A DNA stretch of 64,000 bases. Origin: a virus. The notes under the pieces are model-generated. The model was not told the DNA's origin. It did not search any database and saw nothing but the letters and a program-made list of their open reading frames with translations. The DNA lies in the IMG/VR virus record IMGVR_UViG_3300019886_000004, positions 1 to 64,000 of that record; one strand, written 5' to 3'. Made by a program: the position numbers and the translations under genes. Position 1 is the first letter of the stretch; each line of letters begins with the position of its first letter. Below, in pieces: positions 37,544-46,426 of the stretch.

Positions 37544-39256
37544 TTGAAAGCTAAAAATCAAAATAGAACTTGTCCAGATGTATTGTCAAATGAATGTATT
37601 GTTTGGCAGAGCGGAGATGTTCCTTTTTTACACATATATAATGGTGATCCTCTAGATATATCAGAAAAACAATTAGCAGATAGTTTAGTTTCAGTTTATG
37701 AGAAAATAGATATGTCTATTATAGACATGCATTGTATTTCTGATAACTGTGCTCAAAAAGCTAAAGATACTTCTTTACAAGCCGTTATACAGGTTTTATT
37801 TGATAATCAATGTTGTTTAACAGATTTAATTAAGTCTAGTGGTAGTAATACAGTATTAGCTACCATAAGTGTAAATATGAGGTGTTTGACAAAGTTTGAT
37901 GACTTTGGAAATACTCTTCCTCAAGATTTAAATCAATCCATACAATCACTTGTAAATCAAGTATGTCAAACTGTAGTAGATGTAACAAGTCTTAGAGGTG
38001 AAGTACAAGACATACAAAAACAGGTAGATGCTATAAATACTACACCTGTCATACCTCCTGAACCAAATATTACAACTTGCCTTACTTCTTTAAGACCCAT
38101 TAGTCAAACTGTTCCTATAGTAGCAAAAGCTGTTTGTGATATGCAAACTCTATTTGGAGCGGCCGCAGATGCTACACAAGCAATGTCTCAACAGTGTGAT
38201 AATTTAAATACTAAGTTTGCTACTGTACAAGGATGGAATACTTCTATAAGTAATTTAGCTCAATCGTTTGGAAATCTTTGGATTTTAGCTTGTGATTTAA
38301 ATACAAGGTTGACGCTTATTGAAAATAATTGCTGTAAAGTAAATTGTGATAGTATCAAATTAGGATTTGATGTTCAAGTTGATGCTAATGGAACTGGAGT
38401 ATTTCTTAAGTTTACATCAAGTGCTGGAACCTCTATACCTCCTTCTTTTGTAGATGCTGGTTCAACAGTTACATTTACAGATAAGAATAACAATTATGTT
38501 ACTTATCCATTAGTTATATCTAACAATGCTACTCAGGGTGATTTTGACCTTAGTGGTCTTGATGTAACTGATCCTATAACTATATCTGTTACAGCTATAT
38601 TAGCAGCAGATGGTTTAACTTGTGAAAAATGTATATCAAGAATGTACACTCTCGCTAACACAAGTTGTCCTGTTTGTCTAGTAACTGCTGCTGGTACTAC
38701 AGGTAATGTAACAATATCTTACACTTTGCCAGGAAATCAAAATATACAACAGTTAACATTACAAAATGGACAAACTGGATACATACAAAAAAATGCTATT
38801 ATAATAGCAATAAGTACTACAGGAGACGTAACCGCAGATTCAACTTGTATAGATCTTACTCCTCCTCCGACAGTTTGTTATCTATTCAGATGGGAACATT
38901 CAACACCATTAAATGACACCTTTGCAGATGCTCATTTCACTAATGTAATAATTGGAAATTTAAATTATACAATAGATGCACCTTATAGAAATGGTAGTCT
39001 TGCTGGTCAGGAATTATTAGCAGCCATTGGTGCAGTAGTACCTAATGGTTTAATGACACCATTGTGTAGAATTGAAGATAGTACTACCAATAGCACTATA
39101 TCTGTACAGGTACCGAAATCAATAGCAATTCCAATGATAAAAATAACTAATCCTACTAGTGATAATGATAATAAATTCTTATATCTAATTGCTGAAGTTA
39201 GTACTAATGCTGGTAGTGATTGTGGATGTAATCAATCATCAGGTGGCAATTTATAA
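37544..39256 (+). CDS. Cys-rich fibre/spike protein
   Basis: C..W.G N-terminus, coiled coil, beta-rich C-terminus. Confidence 0.65.
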   Translation: MKAKNQNRTCPDVLSNECIVWQSGDVPFLHIYNGDPLDISEKQLADSLVSVYEKIDMSIIDMHCISDNCAQKAKDTSLQAVIQVLFDNQCCLTDLIKSSGSNTVLATISVNMRCLTKFDDFGNTLPQDLNQSIQSLVNQVCQTVVDVTSLRGEVQDIQKQVDAINTTPVIPPEPNITTCLTSLRPISQTVPIVAKAVCDMQTLFGAAADATQAMSQQCDNLNTKFATVQGWNTSISNLAQSFGNLWILACDLNTRLTLIENNCCKVNCDSIKLGFDVQVDANGTGVFLKFTSSAGTSIPPSFVDAGSTVTFTDKNNNYVTYPLVISNNATQGDFDLSGLDVTDPITISVTAILAADGLTCEKCISRMYTLANTSCPVCLVTAAGTTGNVTISYTLPGNQNIQQLTLQNGQTGYIQKNAIIIAISTTGDVTADSTCIDLTPPPTVCYLFRWEHSTPLNDTFADAHFTNVIIGNLNYTIDAPYRNGSLAGQELLAAIGAVVPNGLMTPLCRIEDSTTNSTISVQVPKSIAIPMIKITNPTSDNDNKFLYLIAEVSTNAGSDCGCNQSSGGNL

Positions 39257-39277
39257 TAAATAATAAAATAATCAATA

Positions 39278-40675
39278 ATGGCATCTAATTGCAATAATAC
39301 AACATCTTCAAATAATAGTAATCAAACATTAGGTTGCCTTGATACATATAATACAAGTTGTATTCAGTATGATGGAGGTAATTTAATTTGCACTGATATA
39401 ACAACTGGTACATTTTTAAATGATGTTCTTTGTTCCATTAATAATCAATTGTGTACTTTAGAGGGAAATTCAGGTCTCATAAAAGTAGATGAAACAGATA
39501 CACATCCTGATACATTAATTGAAAAATTGGTAGCTGGTGCTAACATAGTTCTTACAGGTGTAGGTAGTGGCGATACTAAAAAAATAAGAATAGATGCAAT
39601 ACTAGGGGGTCAAATTGTTGATCAGTTAGTAAAAGTATCTGCTATAGATCAAACAAGTGGTTATTTAGATGATAAACTAATTGTAGGACCCTGTATGTAC
39701 ATACAGAAAGTAAATCCAGGTCTTAGTGAAAAACTACAAGTATTCATTGATTGGCAATGTGTTTTAAATCAATTAAATTTATTACCAGGATTTTGTACAT
39801 TGGTAAATAACTGTATACCAAATGCACCTACTGTGACTTGTCCATATATTTTACTTAATAATCCTAATATAAGTGGTTCTATTATAACAGCTACTTGGCT
39901 ATCTTCTGGAACTAGTTATAATGTATATGTAGATGGTAATTTGGCACCCAATATGCCAACAAATTCCCTTACATTTACTTCTGGTAATTTAGCTAATGGT
40001 TCTCATACTATTGAGGTAGTAGCATTATGTAATTCTGGAACTCCTCAAAGAGATAGCCAAACTTTCTTAGTGAATACTTCTTGTCCTGTACCAAGTCAAT
40101 TGGTTGCAATGATAAATAATGGAAGTGCTGGACTTAATTGGATACTTGATGCTAATTCTAATAATCAATCTCAAACAGTTCAGTATAAACTAAATACATC
40201 TGCTAACTACACAATAGCAGCATCTGTTAATTCAGTAACTACAACTTATACTATAAGTGGGCTTAATAAAAATTCAATTTATAACTTTCAAATTATAAAT
40301 AATTGTTCTGCTAGTGGTCCTTCACCATCTACTCCAGTTAGTGCAATTGAATTTACCTGTCCTACAGTGAATTTAACATCAACAAGTTCTACAGTTATTT
40401 ATTCCTTTGTAGGTCTTGGAGGTGATATAGATACTTATATTGTTACATTGCTAGATTCTACAGGTACAAATATAATTCAAACTAAAACAGAAACTTTACC
40501 GTTTCCTTCTACTATAACCAATACTTTTAGTGGTTTGGATTCTGTCACTGGTTATCAAATTCAAGTTACAGTAAAAGCGGCTCAATTTAATAAAGTTTGT
40601 ACTAGTCAAACAGTAACTACATCAGCAATACCAGCTTGTCCAAGTATTTCTAACTTTACGGCAACAATAAACTAA
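39278..40675 (+). CDS. fibre protein with fibronectin type III-like domains
   Basis: CIQYDG.NL; two VD..D...L..KL repeats; YTISGLNKNSIYNFQI. Confidence 0.7.
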   Translation: MASNCNNTTSSNNSNQTLGCLDTYNTSCIQYDGGNLICTDITTGTFLNDVLCSINNQLCTLEGNSGLIKVDETDTHPDTLIEKLVAGANIVLTGVGSGDTKKIRIDAILGGQIVDQLVKVSAIDQTSGYLDDKLIVGPCMYIQKVNPGLSEKLQVFIDWQCVLNQLNLLPGFCTLVNNCIPNAPTVTCPYILLNNPNISGSIITATWLSSGTSYNVYVDGNLAPNMPTNSLTFTSGNLANGSHTIEVVALCNSGTPQRDSQTFLVNTSCPVPSQLVAMINNGSAGLNWILDANSNNQSQTVQYKLNTSANYTIAASVNSVTTTYTISGLNKNSIYNFQIINNCSASGPSPSTPVSAIEFTCPTVNLTSTSSTVIYSFVGLGGDIDTYIVTLLDSTGTNIIQTKTETLPFPSTITNTFSGLDSVTGYQIQVTVKAAQFNKVCTSQTVTTSAIPACPSISNFTATIN

Positions 40676-40682
40676 ATAAATA

Positions 40683-41975
40683 ATGGCAACAATTAATACA
40701 TCATGGGGTCCTTGTGGATCATCTTCTGACGGTCAGTTTCTATATTATGGTAAAACAAATATAGTTACCGGAACTCCAGTAAGTGGAACAGGATGGACTC
40801 TTTTCTCCGGAGCAGCTCTTCCAAATTCAGTTAGTTCTGAATTAATAACAGGGTTAGATGATAATGTAGAATATACTCTTTATAACTATTGTCATTGTAC
40901 TACTTCTGGTAATGGACCTTTGAATACAATCGGACCTTATATAAAATATGTATGTCCAACTATACAAATAGCTCCCGCTACTTTCAATAGTGTAAGTTAT
41001 ACTTTAAATGTTCCCGCTTCAGCTAATAATACAGGAACTTGGATTCAAACAATTGCAGTTCAAGTAGTAGATAGTGGTGGAATAAATGTTTTGTATACTA
41101 ATGTTCACAATTCACCTTTTCAACCTACTATAAGTTCTAATTTTACAGGACTTAATCCCTCTACAAATTATAGTTTAAAAATAACTTATACAAATAGTAA
41201 TAATACTAGAGGAAGTGTTTGTTCTAGTTCTCCGTTTACTACAGCTGATGCATGTACCGCTCCTGTGGCAAGTGTTTCTAATATAACAGCAAATTCATTT
41301 GATGTATCATGGACTCCTTCTATTGGTGGTAGTTTTGATGTACTTTTAAATAACACACCAGTTGCAACAGGACTTACTTCTACTAATGGTGTATATACTG
41401 TAACAGGTCTTAATCCTGCTACTATTTATCAAGTTGCAATAAGAAAGAATTGTACTACAGGTGGAACAGCAGTAAGTAATACTGTAAATGTAACAACTGC
41501 TAATAGTTTAGTTACAGGAATAATGTCTATGAATGCGGTGTCTTCTTCTGGACAAAGTTCGGTATATTTACTATTTAATTTTCCTATAGCAACTCCAGCT
41601 CCGATAACTCTTTATTTTGGATTTACTCTTAACGATAATAACGTATGTAATTTCTCCAATGGTTATGATATATTCTCTTTACCTAGTGGATCACAAAATT
41701 GTCCACAAGCACCAACAGGAGATGGTAGCTATGGAGGACAGCCTAATTATCCTTTTGTAGTTAATATACCTCAAGGTATAACAACTTATAATAGTGGTAC
41801 TAATATTCATACAACTAATCCTTCACCAACTCTTCCAAATAATCCTTGGCAGAATTTACCAAACACACATTTCACAGACTTGTATGTTAAGGTAAATAGT
41901 CCTTCTGGATATGCTGCTAATTTCTCTATAACAAATGGTGCTAATATAACTGGTGTAACTATTCACAATGTATAA
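40683..41975 (+). CDS. FN3-repeat surface/fibre protein
   Basis: TGLDDNVEY, TGLNPSTNY, SFDVSW...TGLNPATIY. Confidence 0.75.
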   Translation: MATINTSWGPCGSSSDGQFLYYGKTNIVTGTPVSGTGWTLFSGAALPNSVSSELITGLDDNVEYTLYNYCHCTTSGNGPLNTIGPYIKYVCPTIQIAPATFNSVSYTLNVPASANNTGTWIQTIAVQVVDSGGINVLYTNVHNSPFQPTISSNFTGLNPSTNYSLKITYTNSNNTRGSVCSSSPFTTADACTAPVASVSNITANSFDVSWTPSIGGSFDVLLNNTPVATGLTSTNGVYTVTGLNPATIYQVAIRKNCTTGGTAVSNTVNVTTANSLVTGIMSMNAVSSSGQSSVYLLFNFPIATPAPITLYFGFTLNDNNVCNFSNGYDIFSLPSGSQNCPQAPTGDGSYGGQPNYPFVVNIPQGITTYNSGTNIHTTNPSPTLPNNPWQNLPNTHFTDLYVKVNSPSGYAANFSITNGANITGVTIHNV

Positions 41976-42011
41976 ATGAGCTAAGGTTTTTTTGGTTTAC
42001 CGAAGCTTACT

Positions 42012-42041
42012 AACCCGGACTTAAATGAGCCGGGTTTTTTT
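42012..42041 (+). terminator. intrinsic terminator
   Basis: AACCCGG/CCGGGTT-TTTTT. Confidence 0.8.
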
Positions 42042-42056
42042 ATTGCCGAAAATAAA

Positions 42057-42088
42057 TTTGGTAAATTGCCGAAAATTACTTATCTTTG
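42057..42088 (+). promoter_or_regulatory. Bacteroidota housekeeping promoter
   Basis: TTTG-N20-TATCTTTG. Confidence 0.8.
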
Positions 42089-42107
42089 TATTAGTAAAAC
42101 ACAAACT

Positions 42108-43058
42108 ATGACAAAAACACAACTAAAAAAAGAAATCTTATCAAAGAAGTCCCTTTTAAAAAAGGGATCAGGATGGTTATCAGAAAAATACCAATGTGAT
42201 GTTTCTATAGTAAAAGAGGTTCTTTCAGATCTAAAAGAAGAAGCTAAAACTTATAGAAATCAGATACCTACTAGAATAGTTGGAAGGAGAGTTGTTCAAA
42301 CTTTCTATGATAAAATAAAAGAAAAAAACCCAGATTTAGAAGTTAAATATGAAGCACCAAAACAAGAAGTTTTAAATATAAAACCTTTTAAAGATGGAAA
42401 TAAAGATAATGTCCTATTTATAGGAGATCTACATGCTCCTTTTATTTTAGATGGATATTTAGAGTTTAATATGGAACTTCAAAAAAAATATAACTGTGGT
42501 ACAGTTATATTTGCAGGTGATATTATAGATTCACATTCGTGGTCATTTCATGAGCATAATGTGGATGGTATGAGTGTAAGAGATGAAATCACCGCAGCCA
42601 CCAATCAGTTAAAACAGTGGTATAAAGCATTTCCAATAGCCACCGTATTATTTGGAAATCATGATCTTTTAATATCTAGAAAAGCAAGTGCATATGGTTT
42701 ATCTCAGATATTTCTTAAATATTTTGGAGATATTATAGAAGCACCTAAGACTTGGAATTTTGTGCATGAACTTTATAGAGATAATGTTCTTTACATACAT
42801 GGTTCACAAGGTAACGCAATAGATAGAGCATCCACCATACGTCATTCTATTTGTCAGGGTCATCTTCATTCTCAAGCCTTTGTACAATGGTCAGTATCTG
42901 AAATAGATTCGATTTTTGGACTTCAGGTAGGTTGCGGATTAGATCGTAAAGCATATGCGTTTGAATATGCTAAAGATATGCCAAAGAAACCTATAATTAG
43001 TTCTGGAGTCATACTTGATAAGGGAAAATTACCCATAATTCATTTAATGAGTTTGTAA
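42108..43058 (+). CDS. calcineurin-like metallophosphoesterase
   Basis: GDLH, GDIID, GNHD, IHG, GHLH; ATG 42108 is downstream of promoter. Confidence 0.88.
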   Translation: MTKTQLKKEILSKKSLLKKGSGWLSEKYQCDVSIVKEVLSDLKEEAKTYRNQIPTRIVGRRVVQTFYDKIKEKNPDLEVKYEAPKQEVLNIKPFKDGNKDNVLFIGDLHAPFILDGYLEFNMELQKKYNCGTVIFAGDIIDSHSWSFHEHNVDGMSVRDEITAATNQLKQWYKAFPIATVLFGNHDLLISRKASAYGLSQIFLKYFGDIIEAPKTWNFVHELYRDNVLYIHGSQGNAIDRASTIRHSICQGHLHSQAFVQWSVSEIDSIFGLQVGCGLDRKAYAFEYAKDMPKKPIISSGVILDKGKLPIIHLMSL

Positions 43059-43079
43059 TTGTCATGGTGTGTGTTAATT

Positions 43080-43107
43080 AATCCTCAGAGAAATCTGGGG
43101 ATTTTTT
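43080..43107 (+). terminator. intrinsic terminator
   Basis: AATCCTCAG/CTGGGGATT-TTTT. Confidence 0.75.
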
Positions 43108-43129
43108 ATTTAATTAACTTATAAAATTA

Positions 43130-43162
43130 TTTGTTAATATAGAGAAAATGTGTTATATTATA
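43130..43162 (+). promoter_or_regulatory. variant promoter
   Basis: TTTG-N20-TATATTATA. Confidence 0.6.
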
Positions 43163-43196
43163 GTACCGAATATCATTTGAAAACTAAACTTACCAA

Positions 43197-43781
43197 GTGA
43201 AGACATATAGAATATGTGATAGAAAAGAACCCAGATTTAGAGTATCTAAATTTAGATATTCAAATTTAAATAGAGAATTATTTGATAGATTTAAAGAAGC
43301 TAATCCAAGTATAAAAATAGATTATCTATTTTTTAAAGATATCATTTTTTCAATAAATGAAGAGATTATAAATCATGTCATAGAAAATAAAGAAGGTGTA
43401 TTTTTACCTTCTGGTATGGGTAGGATTTACCTAGGATTATTTCCGCCAAAAGAGAGATACAAAAAAGCTGAAACAATAAGAAACCAGGGTATACATGCTA
43501 CTCATTTTAACTTTGATTCAGATGGTTTAGTTGGTAAAATAATATGGGTATCTAATGATTCAAAATATAAAACTAAAAACTTAAGATTCTATGGTTTTGT
43601 AGGTCATAGAAATTTTAAAACAAAAGCTTCGCAAGGTTTTAAAAACACACCTGAAAAGTATCTAAAAGATATGATGTGGACAAGAAATATTGAGTATACA
43701 AAGAGAAAAATAAATGAAAGAAACGAAATTAACAGTCAGAGCGGCAATCAGCCAAATCAAGATACCGAACAAAGCAGTTAA
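43197..43781 (+). CDS. IHF/HU-like protein
   Basis: IINHVIE..EGVFLPSGMGRI; synteny before ring genes. Confidence 0.6.
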   Translation: MKTYRICDRKEPRFRVSKFRYSNLNRELFDRFKEANPSIKIDYLFFKDIIFSINEEIINHVIENKEGVFLPSGMGRIYLGLFPPKERYKKAETIRNQGIHATHFNFDSDGLVGKIIWVSNDSKYKTKNLRFYGFVGHRNFKTKASQGFKNTPEKYLKDMMWTRNIEYTKRKINERNEINSQSGNQPNQDTEQSS

Positions 43782-44406
43782 TGCTGACTCAAGACTAACT
43801 AATAAATATATCTATTCTTTACTTAGAAAACATAGAGATTTTCTACTTAAACAAGTAGATAGTAAGTTTCAGTTAATGAAACTTGGTTATTTGTTTCAAA
43901 CATGGAAATGTGTAGATTTAGAACCTGTTTCAACTATCGAAGAATGCTGTGGATTAAAAACAAATTGTACAATATATAAAACTAGAAAAAAACTTCCATA
44001 TATAATTTCAGGATCATGGGGACCCATTTTTAGAAAAGTTTCTAGTTTAGATGGATTTACAGAATTTACTTATATACCCATATCAGAATGGAATAGAAGA
44101 CAAGAAGATACTAATAACAAATATAACAAAACTCTTTATTATTTTTGGAGTGATGGACATCTTTTCTTTCCAAATGTAGAATGGAAGAAAGTTAAAATAG
44201 AAGCTTTATTTGAGGAAGATATTGAGAAGTATAATGAATGTTGTGAAGAAGTAGATCCATGTAAAACATTCTTGGATAATACATTTAGAATACCAAAAGA
44301 ATTAATGAGAGCTTGTATTGATCTAGTTAACATGGAAGTTCTTAAAGAATATCAAATAGTAAAAGAAGATGAACAAATAGATAAAAATGCAACAAGGCGT
44401 GATTGA
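43714..44406 (+). CDS. tail ring/tubular protein
   Basis: synteny; IEALFEED, F.IP..L. Confidence 0.65.
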   Translation: MKETKLTVRAAISQIKIPNKAVNADSRLTNKYIYSLLRKHRDFLLKQVDSKFQLMKLGYLFQTWKCVDLEPVSTIEECCGLKTNCTIYKTRKKLPYIISGSWGPIFRKVSSLDGFTEFTYIPISEWNRRQEDTNNKYNKTLYYFWSDGHLFFPNVEWKKVKIEALFEEDIEKYNECCEEVDPCKTFLDNTFRIPKELMRACIDLVNMEVLKEYQIVKEDEQIDKNATRRD

Positions 44407-45019
44407 TATTAAAGATTATGATAAAAAGGATTCTTGTATATATTCAATAAAAAATATTGATAATAATAAAATTTATATAGGATCAACGAAGAATTTTCAT
44501 AAGAGAGCTAAAGATCATAAAAATGACCTTAAAGGAAGTAGACATGGTAATATACATCTTCAAAGATCTTTTAATTTAGGAAATATCCTAGAAATGAAAA
44601 TAGTAGAAAAATGTTTAGAAGAAAGTTTAGTTGAAAGAGAAAAATATTATATGAAAATTTATGATTCAAAAAACAGAGATTTTGGATATAATATATGTGA
44701 TCCTCTAAGAGGACCTTGTAAAAAATTAACAAAGCAACAGATTGAAAATTTAGCAGAAGCAAGAAGAAGAGCTTTTAAAATTAAAGGTATGAAAAAACAA
44801 GAACCAGAACATATATTTAAAGCTGCGAAAGGTAAATGGAAGAAAGTGGATGTTTTTGATTCAAATAAGAATTTGTTATTTACATCTGATAGTATGATAG
44901 ATGCAGAAAACAAAACAGGAGTAAAAAGACAGAATATAAGTCTTGGATGTAGACTTAGAAAATATATTTTAGGTGGATACATATTTAGATATCATAGCGA
45001 AAATATAAAAATAAATTAA
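44387..45019 (+). CDS. GIY-YIG homing endonuclease
   Basis: CIYSIKN...IYIGST...R...H; ERE; GYN; C-terminal NUMOD1-like domain. Confidence 0.88.
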   Translation: MQQGVIDIKDYDKKDSCIYSIKNIDNNKIYIGSTKNFHKRAKDHKNDLKGSRHGNIHLQRSFNLGNILEMKIVEKCLEESLVEREKYYMKIYDSKNRDFGYNICDPLRGPCKKLTKQQIENLAEARRRAFKIKGMKKQEPEHIFKAAKGKWKKVDVFDSNKNLLFTSDSMIDAENKTGVKRQNISLGCRLRKYILGGYIFRYHSENIKIN

Positions 45020-45021
45020 CT

Positions 45022-45978
45022 ATGCCAACTACAATAAACAATAATCGTTTTAAGACGTTTGATCAATTAATGGCATCTGTTGAATCAGATATTGATAAAT
45101 TCACTGATGAAGGATATGTTAATAGAGGTTTATTTATAAAAGAAGTACGTAAGGTAAATGCAGATCTTGGTTTGAAAATTAACATTGAGCGCGAAACTGT
45201 ATTAGAAGTACAAGATTATGTAGCATTATTACCACCAGATTTCCTATTTTTACAGTTAGCATTAGCTTGTCATGTTTCTTATGTTAGAATACCTGTAATA
45301 AGAGGTATACAAACAGAGATGCATAGTGAACAAATTGAAACAAATGGTATAAGTGAAATACCAACTAGTTGTTTTTTAGAAAGTTGTGATTTTGGTAATT
45401 GTGGCGGACCATGTGAAAAATGTATGTGGGTAACTCAAAAAGTAGGTGTTAAAATTCATACTTTTACTGATCTAAAAGAACTTCAATTAACTAAATCATC
45501 TCACGGTAGATGTTCTGATAATTGTCTTAATTTAAGATTTAAGTCTCCACATCAAATAAAAATAGAGGATGATCACGCTACTTTCTCTTTTAGAGAAGGA
45601 AAGGTCTATATTAATTATTTGGCTGATATGGTAGATGAAGAAAATAATGTAATAATTCTAGACCATCCTACTGTAAATGACTATTACGAATATGCAGTAA
45701 AGAAGAAGTTCTTTGAAAATATGTTTTTAAATAAAGAAGGAGATTTTCTACAAGCTTATCAAGCTATGCAAGCTGAATTACTTAAAGCTAGAACGTTAGC
45801 AATAACTTTTGTAAATACTCCAGAATACGGAGACTTACAGAAAATGTTTATAGATAATAGAAATAGATTTTATAAAAAATATGTAAGGTATTTTGATAAT
45901 AACGATCAAGGATATTACAATGGAGAAAGTCATGGTAATGGACATTTCGGGAGCAATAGACCAGGACGCATTTGGTAA
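45022..45978 (+). CDS. tail ring protein
   Basis: LPPDF, FREGKVYINY...DEEN; synteny before muzzle. Confidence 0.65.
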   Translation: MPTTINNNRFKTFDQLMASVESDIDKFTDEGYVNRGLFIKEVRKVNADLGLKINIERETVLEVQDYVALLPPDFLFLQLALACHVSYVRIPVIRGIQTEMHSEQIETNGISEIPTSCFLESCDFGNCGGPCEKCMWVTQKVGVKIHTFTDLKELQLTKSSHGRCSDNCLNLRFKSPHQIKIEDDHATFSFREGKVYINYLADMVDEENNVIILDHPTVNDYYEYAVKKKFFENMFLNKEGDFLQAYQAMQAELLKARTLAITFVNTPEYGDLQKMFIDNRNRFYKKYVRYFDNNDQGYYNGESHGNGHFGSNRPGRIW

Positions 45979-46426
45979 GATTATAAAAGCTTACAATGAT
46001 TTAAGTCCTGATGGAGAATTGCAAATATATATAAATAGTTCGGGTGGCGATCCAGAAATAGGAGATGCTATAGTAGATCTGATAAACAATAATTCAGAAA
46101 TAACAACTTTAATAGGATATGGAAAACTTTGTAGTGCTTGCTTCGATTTATACTTCAAGACTAGATGTACTAAACGATTACTTAATGGAACAATTGGAAT
46201 GGCCCATCTAAGTAGAGTTGAAATGGAAACTTTTACTATCACAGACAATAAAGAGAGAATGGAAGCTGATGTTTATAAAAAATGGTGGAATGAAGATAAA
46301 AATAAGAGATTAAAGTTTTATGAAGAAATTGGGCTTGAAAAAAAGGAAATACTTAAAATAAAAAAGAGAGGAGACGTTTACTTTCAACATAATAGACTAT
46401 TAGAATTACTTAATGGAAAATCTTAA
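45920..46426 (+). CDS. ClpP-like serine protease
   Basis: IYINSSGGD, GKLCSAC (catalytic Ser), GMAH. Confidence 0.75.
   Translation: MEKVMVMDISGAIDQDAFGKIIKAYNDLSPDGELQIYINSSGGDPEIGDAIVDLINNNSEITTLIGYGKLCSACFDLYFKTRCTKRLLNGTIGMAHLSRVEMETFTITDNKERMEADVYKKWWNEDKNKRLKFYEEIGLEKKEILKIKKRGDVYFQHNRLLELLNGKS

Noticed and set aside
44387-45019. GIY-YIG gene as intron-encoded
   Set aside because: It abuts complete flanking genes with no non-coding RNA space, so it is free-standing
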